From contig NC_087436.1 in the NCBI RefSeq assembly GCF_036321535.1, forward strand, positions 992,001 to 1,056,000: a DNA stretch of 64,000 bases. Direction: 5' to 3'. This document shows positions 53,742 through 64,000 of this stretch, in pieces. Under the pieces are notes generated by a model, which did not search any database, was not told where the DNA came from, and was given only the letters and a program-made list of their open reading frames with translations. This stretch comes from Camelus dromedarius (Eukaryota). The stretch's first letter is position 1, and every line of letters starts with the position of its first letter. Both the position numbers and the translations under genes were made by a program.

Positions 53742-56700
53742 AAGTTCCTGCAGTTTTCACTGTGAAACCGAGTTGGAGCTAGTACCTCCCCATATATATG
53801 TATGGAATGGAGTTTGCAACTGAAAAGAAACTTTGTGTTCCCAACAAGCTTGGTGAAGGACGGCTTTCACACACACTTATATCTCAGAGCTGAGCAAGTG
53901 GAGAGACGTTCGTTCATCCAGCACCAAGGGAACGGGTTGCAGGAGACACTTTTTCTCTGTTTTCTCAGTCTGTTTCCTAGTGCCGGTTTGAAGTTCCTGC
54001 AGTTTTCACTGTGAAACCGAGTTGGAGCTAGTACCTCCCCATATATATGTATGGAATGGAGTTTGCAACTGAAAAGAAACTTTGTGTTCCCAACAAGCTA
54101 GTTGAAGGTCGGCTTTCACACACACATATCTCTCAGAACTGAGCAAGTGGAGAGACGTTCGTTCATCTAGCACCAAGGGAACGGGTTGCAGGAGACACTT
54201 TTTCTCTGCTTCCTCAGTCTGTTTCCTAGTGCCGGTTTTAAGTTCGTGCAGTTTTCACTGTAAAACCGAGTTGGAGCTTGTACCTCCCCATATATATGTA
54301 TGGAATGGAGTTTGCAACTGAAAAGAAAGTTTGTGTTCCCAACAAGCTAGGTGAAGGACGGCTTTCACACACACTTATCTCTCAGAACAGAGCAAGTGGA
54401 GAGACGTTCGTTCATCTAGCACCAAGGGAACGGGTTGCAGGAGACACTTTTTCTCTGCTTTCTCAGTCTGTTTCCTAGTGCCGGTTTGAAGTTCCTGCAG
54501 TTTTCACTGTCAAACCGAGTTGGAGCTAGTACCTCCCCATATATATGTATGGAATGGAGTTTGCAACTGAAAAGAAACTTTGTGTTCCCAACAAGCTAGG
54601 TGAAGGACGGCTTTCACACACATTTATCTCTCAGAACTGAGCAAGTGGAGAGACGTTCGTTCATGTAGCACCAAGGGAACGGGTGGCAGGAGACACTTTT
54701 TCTCTGCTTTCTCAGTCTGTTTCCTAGTGCCGGTTAGAAGTTCCTGCAGTTTTCACTGTCAAACCGAGTTGGAGCTAGTACCTCCCCATATATATGTATG
54801 GAATGGAGTTTGCAACTGAAAAGAAACTTTGTGTTCCCAACAAGCTAGGTGAAGGACGGCTTTCACACACACTTATCTCTCAGAACTGAGCAAGTGGAGA
54901 GACGTTCGTTCATCTAGCACCAAGGGAACGGGTTGCAGGAGACACTTTTTCTCTGCTTTCTCAGTCTGTTTCCTAGGGCCGGTTTGAAGTTCCTGCAGTT
55001 TTCACTGTCAAACCGAGTTGGAGCTAGTACCTCCCCTTATATATGTATGGAATGGAGTTGGCAACTGAAAAGAAACTTTGTGTTCCCAACAAGCTAGGTG
55101 AAGGACGGCTTTCACACACACTTATCTCTCAGAACTTAGCAAGTGGAGAGACGTTCTTTCATGTAGCACCAAGGGAACTGGTTGCAGGAGACACTTTTTC
55201 TCTGCTTTCTCAGTCTGTTTCCTAGTGCCGGTTTGAAGTTCCTGCAGTTTTCACTGTCAAACCGAGTTGGAGCTTGTACCTCCCCATATATATGTATGGA
55301 ATGGAGTTTGCAACTGAAAAGAAACTTTGTGTTCCCAACAAGCTAGGTGAAGGACGGCTTTCACACACACTTATCTCTCAGAACTGAGCAAGTGGAGAGA
55401 TGTTCGTTCATCTAGCACCAAGGGAACTGGTTGCAGGTGACACTTTTTCTCTGCTTTCTCAGTCTGTTTCCTAGTGCCGGTTTGAAGTTCCTGCAGTTTT
55501 CACTGTCAAACCGAGTTGGAGCTAGTACCTCCCCTTATATATGTATGGAATGGAGTTGGCAACTGAAAAGAAACTTTGTGTTCCCAACAAGCTAGGTGAA
55601 GGACGGCTTTCACACACACTTTTCTCTCAGAACTGATCAAGTGGAGAGACGTTCGTTCATCTAGCACCAAGGGAACGGGTTGCAGGAGACACTTTTTCTC
55701 TGCTTTCTCAGTCTGTTTCCTAGTGCCGGTTTGAAGTTCCTGCAGTTTTCACAGTAAAACCGAGTTGGAGCTTCTACCTCCCCATATATATGTATGGAAT
55801 GGAGTTTGCAACTGAAAAGAAACTTTGTGTTCCCAACAAGCTAGGTGAAGGACGGCTTTCACACACACTTATCTCTCAGAACAGAGCAAGTGGAGAGACG
55901 TTCGTTCATCTAGCACCAAGGGAACGGGTTGCAGGAGACACTTTTTCTCTGCTTTCTCAGTCTGTTTCCTAGTGCCGGTTTGAAGTTCCTGCAGTTTTCA
56001 CTGTAAAACCGAGTTGGAGCTTCTACCTCCCCATATATATGTATGGAATGGAGTTTGCAACTGAAAAGAAACTTTGTGTTCCCAACAAGCTAGGTGAAGG
56101 ACGGCTTTCACACACACTTATCTCTCAGAACAGAGCAAGTGGAGAGACGTTCGTTCATCTAGCACCAAGGGAACGGGTTGCAGGAGACACTTTTTCTCTG
56201 CTTTCTCAGTCTGTTTCCTAGTGCCGGTTTGAAGTTCCTGCAGTTTTAACTGTAAAACCGAGTTGGAGCTTGTACCTCCCCATATATATGTATGGAATGG
56301 AGTTTGCAACTGAAAAGAAACTTTGTGTTCCCAACAAGCTAGGTGAAGGACGGCTTTCACACACACTTATCTCTCAGAACTGAGCAAGTGGAGAGACGTT
56401 CGTTCATCCAGCACCAAGGGAACGGGTTGCAGGAGACACGTTTTCTCTGCTTTCTCAGTCTGTTTCCTAGTGCCGGTTTGAAGTTCCTGCAGTTTTCACT
56501 GTAAAACCGAGTTGGAGCTTCTACCTCCCCATATATATGTATGGAATGGAGTTTGCAACTGAAAAGAAACTTTGTGTTCCCAACAAGCTAGGTGAAGGAC
56601 GGCTTTCACACACACTTATCTCTCAGAACAGAGCAAGTGGAGAGACGTTCGTTCATCTAGCACCAAGGGAACGGGTTGCAGGAGACACTTTTTCTCTGCT

Positions 56701-59700
56701 TTCTCAGTCTGTTTCCTAGTGCCGGTTTGAAGTTCCTGCAGTTTTCACTGTAAAACCGAGTTGGAGCTTCTACCTCCCCATATATATGTATGGAATGGAG
56801 TTTGCAACTGAAAAGAAACTTTGTGTTCCCAACAAGCTAGGTGAAGGACGGCTTTCACACACACTTATCTCTCAGAACTGAGCAAGTGGAGAGACGTTCG
56901 TTCATCTAGCACCAAGGGAACGGGTTGCAGGAGACACTTTTTCTCTGCTTCCTCAGTCTGTTTCCTAGTGCCGGTTTTACGTTCGTGCAGTTTTCACTGT
57001 AAAACCGAGTTGGAGCTTGTACCTCCCCATATATATGTAAGGAATGGAGTTTGCAACTGAAAAGAAACTTTGTGTTCCCAACAACCTAGGTGAAGGACGG
57101 CTTTCACACACACTTATCTCTCAGAACAGAGCAAGTGGAGAGACGTTCGTTCATCTAGCACCAAGGGAACGGGTTGCAGGAGACACTTTTTCTCTGCTTT
57201 CTCAGTCTGTTTCCTAGTGCCGGTTTGAAGTTCCTGCAGTTTTCACTGTCAAACCGAGTTGGAGCTTCTACCTCCCCATATATATGTATGGAATGGAGTT
57301 TGCAACTGAAAAGAAACTTTGTGTTCCCAACAAGCTAGGTGAAGGACGGCTTTCACACACACTTATCTCTCAGAACAGAGCAAGTGGAGAGACGTTCGTT
57401 CATCTAGCACCAAGGGAACGGGTTGCAGGAGACACTTTTTCTCTGATTTCTCAGTCTGTTTCCTAGTGCCGGTTTGAAGTTCCTGCAGTTTTCACTGTAA
57501 AACCGAGTTGGAGCTTCTACCTCCCCATATATATGTATGGAATGGAGTTTGCAACTGAAAAGAAACTTTGTGTTCCCAACAAGCTAGGTGAAGGACGGCT
57601 TTCACACACACTTATCTCTCAGAACTGAGCAAGTGGAGAGACGTTCGTTCATCTAGCACCAAGGGAACGGGTTGCAGGAGACACTTTTTCTCTGCTTCCT
57701 CAGTCTGTTTCCTAGTGCCGGTTTTACGTTCGTGCAGTTTTCACTGTAAAACCGAGTTGGAGCTTGTACCTCCCCAAATATATGTATGGAATGGAGTTTG
57801 CAACTGAAAAGAAACTTTGTGTTCCCAACAACCTAGGTGATGGACGGCTTTCACACACACTTATCTCTCAGAACAGAGCAAGTGGAGAGACGTTCGTTCA
57901 TCTAGCACCAAGGGAACGGGTTGCAGGAGACACATTTTCTCTGCTTTCTCAGTCTGTTTCCTAGTGCCTGTTTGAAGTTCCTGCAGTTTTCACTGTCAAA
58001 CCGAGTTGGAGCTAGTACCTCCCCTTATATATGTATGGAATGGAGTTGGCAACTGAAAAGAAACTTTGTGTTCCCAACAAGCTAGGTGAAGGACGGCTTT
58101 CACACACACTTATCTCTCAGAACTTAGCAAGTGGAGAGACGTTCTTTCATGTAGCACCAAGGGAACTGGTTGCAGGAGACACTTTTTCTCTGCTTTCTCA
58201 GTCTGTTTCCTAGTGCCGGTTTGAAGTTCCTGCAGTTTTCACTGTCAAACCGAGTTGGAGCTTGTACCTCCCCATATATATGTATGGAATGGAGTTTGCA
58301 ACTGAAAAGAAACTTTGTGTTCCCAACAAGCTAGGTGAAGGACGGCTTTCACACACACTTATCTCTCAGAACTGAGCAAGTGGAGAGATGTTCGTTCATC
58401 TAGCACCAAGGGAACGGGTTGCAGGTGACACTTTTTCTCTGCTTTCTCAGTCTGTTTCCTAGTGCCGGTTTGAAGTTCCTGCAGTTTTCACTGTCAAACC
58501 GAGTTGGAGCTAGTACCTCCCCTTATATATGTATGGAATGGAGTTGGCAACTGAAAAGAAACTTTGTGTTCCCAACAAGCTAGGTGAAGGACGGCTTTCA
58601 CACACACTTATCTCTCAGAACTGATCAAGTGGAGAGACGTTCGTTCATCTAGCACCAAGGGAACGGGTTGCAGGAGACACTTTTTCTCTGCTTTCTCAGT
58701 CTGTTTCCTAGTGCCGGTTTGAAGTTCCTGCAGTTTTCACAGTAAAACCGAGTTGGAGCTTCTACCTCCCCATATATATGTATGGAATGGAGTTTGCAAC
58801 TGAAAAGAAACTTTGTGTTCCCAACAAGCTAGGTGAAGGACGGCTTTCACACACACTTATCTCTCAGAACAGAGCAAGTGGAGAGACGTTCGTTCATCTA
58901 GCACCAAGGGAACGGGTTGCAGGAGACACTTTTTCTCTGCTTTCTCAGTCTGTTTCCTAGTGCCGGTTTGAAGTTCCTGCAGTTTTCACTGTAAAACCGA
59001 GTTGGAGCTTGTACCTCCCCATATATATGTATGGAATGGAGTTTGCAACTGAAAAGAAACTTTGTGTTCCCAACAAGCTAGGTGAAGGACGGCTTTCACA
59101 CACACTTATCTCTCAGAACTGAGCAAGTGGAGAGACGTTCGTTCATCCAGCACCAAGGGAACGGGTTGCAGGAGACACGTTTTCTCTGCTTTCTCAGTCT
59201 GTTTCCTAGTGCCGGTTTGAAGTTCCTGCAGTTTCCACTGTAAAACCGAGTTGGAGCTTCTACCTCCCCATATATATGTATGGAATGGAGTTTGCAACTG
59301 AAAAGAAACTTTGTGTTCCCAACAAGCTAGTTGAAGGACGGCTTTCACACACACTTATCTCTCAGAACAGAGCAAGTGGAGAGACGTTCGTTCATCTAGC
59401 ACCAAGGGAACGGGTTGCAGGAGACACTTTTTCTCTGCTTTCTCAGTCTGTTTCCTAGTGCCGGTTTGAAGTTCCTGCAGTTTTCACTGTAAAACCGAGT
59501 TGGAGCTTCTACCTCCCCATATATATGTATGGAATGGAGTTTGCAACTGAAAAGAAACTTTGTGTTCCCAACAAGCTAGGTGAAGGACGGCTTTCACACA
59601 CACTTATCTCTCAGAACTGAGCAAGTGGAGAGACGTTCGTTCATCTAGCACCAAGGGAACGGGTTGCAGGAGACACTTTTTCTCTGCTTCCTCAGTCTGT

Positions 59701-61958
59701 TTCCTAGTGCCGGTTTTACGTTCGTGCAGTTTTCACTGTAAAACCGAGTTGGAGCTTGTACCTCCCCATATATATGTAAGGAATGGAGTTTGCAACTGAA
59801 AAGAAACTTTGTGTTCCCAACAACCTAGGTGAAGGACGGCTTTCACACACACTTATCTCTCAGAACAGAGCAAGTGGAGAGACGTTCGTTCATCTAGCAC
59901 CAAGGGAACGGGTTGCAGGAGACACTTTTTCTCTGCTTTCTCAGTCTGTTTCCTAGTGCCGGTTTGAAGTTCCTGCAGTTTTCACTGTCAAACCGAGTTG
60001 GAGCTTCTACCTCCCCATATATATGTATGGAATGGAGTTTGCAACTGAAAAGAAACTTTGTGTTCCCAACAAGCTAGGTGAAGGACGGCTTTCACACACA
60101 CTTATCTCTCAGAACAGAGCAAGTGGAGAGACGTTCGTTCATCTAGCACCAAGGGAACGGGTTGCAGGAGACACTTTTTCTCTGATTTCTCAGTCTGTTT
60201 CCTAGTGCCGGTTTGAAGTTCCTGCAGTTTTCACTGTAAAACCGAGTTGGAGCTTCTACCTCCCCATATATATGTATGGAATGGAGTTTGCAACTGAAAA
60301 GAAACTTTGTGTTCCCAACAAGCTAGGTGAAGGACGGCTTTCACACACACTTATCTCTCAGAACTGAGCAAGTGGAGAGACGTTCGTTCATCTAGCACCA
60401 AGGGAACGGGTTGCAGGAGACACTTTTTCTCTGCTTCCTCAGTCTGTTTCCTAGTGCCGGTTTTACGTTCGTGCAGTTTTCACTGTAAAACCGAGTTGGA
60501 GCTTGTACCTCCCCAAATATATGTATGGAATGGAGTTTGCAACTGAAAAGAAACTTTGTGTTCCCAACAACCTAGGTGATGGACGGCTTTCACACACACT
60601 TATCTCTCAGAACAGAGCAAGTGGAGAGACGTTCGTTCATCTAGCACCAAGGGAACGGGTTGCAGGAGACACATTTTCTCTGCTTTCTCAGTCTGTTTCC
60701 TAGTGCCTGTTTGAAGTTCCTGCAGTTTTCACTGTCAAACCGAGTTGGAGCTAGTACCTCCCCATATATATGTATGGAATGGAGTTTGCAACTGAAAAGA
60801 AACTTTGTGTTCCCAACAAGCTAGGTGAAGGACGGCTTTCACACACACTTATCTCTCAGAACTGAGCAAGTGGAGAGACGTTCGTTCATCTAGCACCAAG
60901 GGAACGGGTTGCAGGTGACACTTTTTCTCTGCTTTCTCAGTCTATTTCCTAGTGCCGGTTTGAAGTTCCTGCAGTTTTCACTGTCAAACCGAGTTGGAGC
61001 TAGTACCTCCCCTTATATATGTATGGAATGGAGTTGGCAAGTGAAAAGAAACTTTGTGTTCCCAACAAGCTAGGTGAAGGACGGCTTTCACACACACTTA
61101 TCTCTCAGAACTTAGCAAGTGGAGAGACGTTCTTTCATGTAGCACCAAGGGAACGGGTTGCAGGAGACACTTTTTCTCTGCTTTCTCAGTCTGTTTCCTA
61201 GTGCCGGTTTGAAGTTCCTGCAGTTTTCACTGTAAAACCGAGTTGGAGCTTCTACCTCCCCATATATATGTATGGAATGGAGTTTGCAACTGAAAAGAAA
61301 CTTTGTGTTCCCAACAAGCTAGGTGAAGGACGGCTTTCACACACACTTATCTCTCAGAACTGAGCAAGTGGAGAGACGTTCGTTCATCTAGCACCAAGGG
61401 AACGGGTTGCAGGTGACACTTTTTCTCTGCTTTCTCAGTCTATTTCCTAGTGCCGGTTTGAAGTTCCTGCAGTTTTCACTGTCAAACCGAGTTGGAGCTA
61501 GTACCTCCCCTTATATATGTATGGAATGGAGTTGGCAAGTGAAAAGAAACTTTGTGTTCCCAACAAGCTAGGTGAAGGACGGCTTTCACACACACTTATC
61601 TCTCAGAACTTAGCAAGTGGAGAGACGTTCTTTCATGTAGCACCAAGGGAACGGGTTGCAGGAGACACTTTTTCTCTGCTTTCTCAGTCTGTTTCCTAGT
61701 GCCGGTTTGAAGTTCCTGCAGTTTTCACTGTAAAACCGTGTTGGAGCTTGTACCTCCAAATATATATGTATGGAATGGAGTTTGCAACTGAAAAGAAACT
61801 TTGTGTTCCCAACAAGCTAGGTGAAGGACGGCTTTCACACACACTTATCTCTCAGAACTGAGCAAGTGGAGAGACGTTCGTTCATCTAGCACCAAGGGAA
61901 CTGGTTGCAGGAGACACTTTTTCTCTGCTTTCTCAGTTTGTTTCCTAGTGCCGGTTTG
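53742..61958. repeat. Distinct indel-free satellite sub-domain of near-consensus monomers containing a 12/11-mer duplication
   Basis: All monomers are exactly 249 bp (53549->61517 = 32x249). New markers: ccccttat, aacttagc, ggttttacgttcgtgc, gcaggtgac. T/U/V/W markers are absent. Confidence 0.85.
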
Positions 61959-64000
61959 AAGTTCCTGCAGTTTTCTCTGTGAAACCGAGTTGGAGCTTCT
62001 ACCTCCCCATATATATGTATGGAATGGAGTTTGCAACTGAAAAGAAACTTTGTGTTCCCAACAAGCTAGGTGAAGGACGGATTTCACACACTTATCTCTC
62101 AGAACTAAGCAAGTGGAGAGACGTTCGTTCATCTAGCACCAAGGGAATGGGTTGCAGGAGACACTTTTTCTCTGCTTTCTCAGTCTGTTTCCTAGTGCCG
62201 GTTTGAAGTTCCTGCAGTTTTCATTGTCAAACCGATTTGGAGCTAGTATCTCCCCATATATATGTATGGAATGGAGTTTACAACTGAAAAGAAACTTTGT
62301 GTTCCCAACAAGCTTGGAGAAGAGCGGCTTTCACACACACTTATCTCTCCGAACTGAGCAAGTGGAGAGACGTTCGTTCATCTAGCACCAAGGGAACGGG
62401 TTGCAGGAGACACTTTTTCTCTGCTTTCTCAGTCTGTTTCCTAGTGCCGGTTTGAAGTTCCTGCCGTTTTCACTGTAAAACCGAGTTGGAGCTTCTACCT
62501 CCCCATATATATGTATGGAATGGAGTTTGCAACTGAAAAGAAACTTTGTGTTCCCAACAAGCTAGGTGAAGGACGGCTTTCACACGCACTTATCTATCAG
62601 AACTGAGCAAGTGGAGAGACGTTCGTTCATCTAGCACCAAGGGAACGGGTTGCAGGGACACTTTTTCTCTGCTTTCTCAGTCTGTTTCCTAGTGCCGGTT
62701 TGAAGTTCCTGCAGTTTTCACTGTAAAACCGAGTTGGAGTTTCTACCTCCCCTATATATGTATGGAATGGAGTTTGCAACTGAAAAGAAACTTTGTGTTT
62801 CCAACAAGCTAGGTGAAGGACGGCTTTCACACACTCTTATCTCTCAGAACTGAGCAAGTGGAGAGACGTTCGTTCATCTAGCACCAAGGGAACGGGTTGC
62901 AGGAGACACTTTTTCTCTGCTTTCTCAGTCTGTTTCCTAGTGCCGTTTTGAAGTTCCTGCAGTTTTCACTGTCAAACGGAGTTGGAGCTAGTACCTCCCC
63001 ATATATATGTATGGAATGGAGTTTGCATCTGAAAAGAAACTTTGTGTTCCCAACAAGCTAGGTGAAGGACGGCTTTCACACACAATTATCTCTCAGAACT
63101 GAGCAAGAGGAGAGACGTTCGTTCATCTAGCACCAAGGGAACGGGTTGCAGGAGACACTTTTTCTCTGCTTTCTCAGTCTGTTTCCTAGTGCCGGTTTGA
63201 AGTTCCTGCAGTTTTCACTGTAAAACCGAGTTGGAGCTTCTACCTCCCCATATATATGTATGGAATGGAGTTTGCAACTGAAAAGAAACTTTGTGTTCCC
63301 AACAAGCTAGGTGAAGGACGGCTTTCACACACACTTATCTCTCAGAACAGAGCAAGTGGAGAGAAGTTCGTTCATCTAGCACCAAGGGAACGGTTTGCAG
63401 GAGACACTTTTTCTCTGCTTTCTCAATCTGTTTCCTAGTGCCGGTTTGAAGTTCCTGCAGTTTTCACTGTCAAACCGAGTTGGAGCTAGTACCTCCCCAT
63501 ATATATGTATGGAATGGAGTTTGCATCTGAAAAGAAACTTTGTGTTCCTAACAAGCTAGGTGAAGGACGGCTTTCACACACACTTATCTCTCAGAACGGA
63601 GCAAGTGGAGAGACGTTCGTTCATCTAGCACCAAGGGAACGGGTTGCAGGAGACACTTTTTCTCTGCTTTCTCAGTCTGTTTCCTAGTCCCGGTTTGAAG
63701 TTCCTGCAGTTTTCACTGTCAAACCGAGTTGGAGCTAGTACCTCCCCATATATATGTATGGACTGGAGTTTGCAACTGAAAAGATACTTTGTGTTCCCAA
63801 CAAGCTAGGTGAAGGATGGCTTTCACACACACTTATCTCTCAGAACTGAGCAAGTGGAGAGACGTTCGTTCATCTAGCACCAAGGGAAAGGGTTGCAGGA
63901 GACACTTTTTCTCTGCTTTCTCAGTCTGTTTCCTAGTGACGGTTTGAATTTCCTTCAGTTTTCACTGTAAAACCGAGTTGGAGCTGGTACCTCCCCATAT
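61959..64000. repeat. Terminal sub-domain with partially derived relatives of the N, W, P, Q and S variants
   Basis: 61959: ggatttcacacactt (2-bp deletion), actaagc, ggaatggg. 62206: agcttgg..aagagcgg, ctctccgaa. 62455: ctgccgtt, tatctatc. About 63940: gtgacggtttgaatttccttcag. Confidence 0.75.

Larger units (their letters stand above)
1..64000. repeat. Tandem satellite DNA array, 249-bp monomer, about 257 head-to-tail copies (probable centromeric/pericentromeric satellite); runs off both window ends
   Basis: The motif aagttcctgcag recurs at 1, 250, 499, 748 ... 63947. ORF-track offsets are multiples of 249 minus small indels (804->1551 = 747; 804->3792 = 2988; 55790->56039 = 249). Monomers differ from consensus by only a few substitutions. 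The centromeric role is inferred from size, homogeneity and HOR structure. Confidence 0.98.

Noticed and set aside
804..63687. About 85 short ORFs (60-95 aa, e.g. MYGMEFATEKKLCVPNK...) as a multicopy peptide gene family
   Set aside because: They are translations of the satellite in several frames on both strands. They open or close with single SNVs (e.g. actga>acaga) and indels, show no frame preservation and contain no recognisable domain.
1..64000. CRISPR array or repeat-spacer system
   Set aside because: There are no unique spacers, the entire 249 bp repeats, and no cas or other genes are present.
1..64000. Tandem ncRNA gene cluster (5S rRNA, tRNA, snRNA, SL RNA)
   Set aside because: There is no recognisable RNA gene sequence, cloverleaf or convincing Pol III A/B box arrangement.
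1..64000. Transposon insertion, inversion or telomeric repeat within the array
   Set aside because: Monomer phase is continuous from start to end. The -47 bp net offset is fully explained by 1-2 bp indels, leaving no room for foreign or inverted sequence.

Overview
The whole 64 kb window is one uninterrupted, single-orientation tandem satellite DNA array from a eukaryote, most likely centromeric or pericentromeric. I cannot name the species or satellite family. The monomer is 249 bp (consensus read from position 1: aagttcctgcagttttcactgtNaaaccgagttggagctNNtacctccccatatatatgtatggaatggagtttgcaactgaaaagaaactttgtgttcccaacaagctaggtgaaggacggctttcacacacacttatctctcagaactgagcaagtggagagacgttcgttcatctagcaccaagggaacgggttgcaggagacactttttctctgctttctcagtctgtttcctagtgccggtttg). 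By hand count there are 257 full monomers plus 54 bp; small indels sum to -47 bp. I found no genes, transposon insertions, inversions or CRISPR array, and the listed ORFs are translations of the repeat. The interest lies in the architecture. About 25 recognisable monomer variants (my labels A-Y) form a variable higher-order repeat (core 10-mer, 2489 bp). There are many in-register tandem block duplications of 1-18 monomers with chimeric junction monomers, and a multi-kb macro-repeat present in two copies plus a partial third. A sharp change of variant set occurs at about 53.7 kb. Within the monomer there are dyad symmetries, a possible ancestral ~125-bp dimer structure and a transversion-rich variant spectrum, but no intact CENP-B box.
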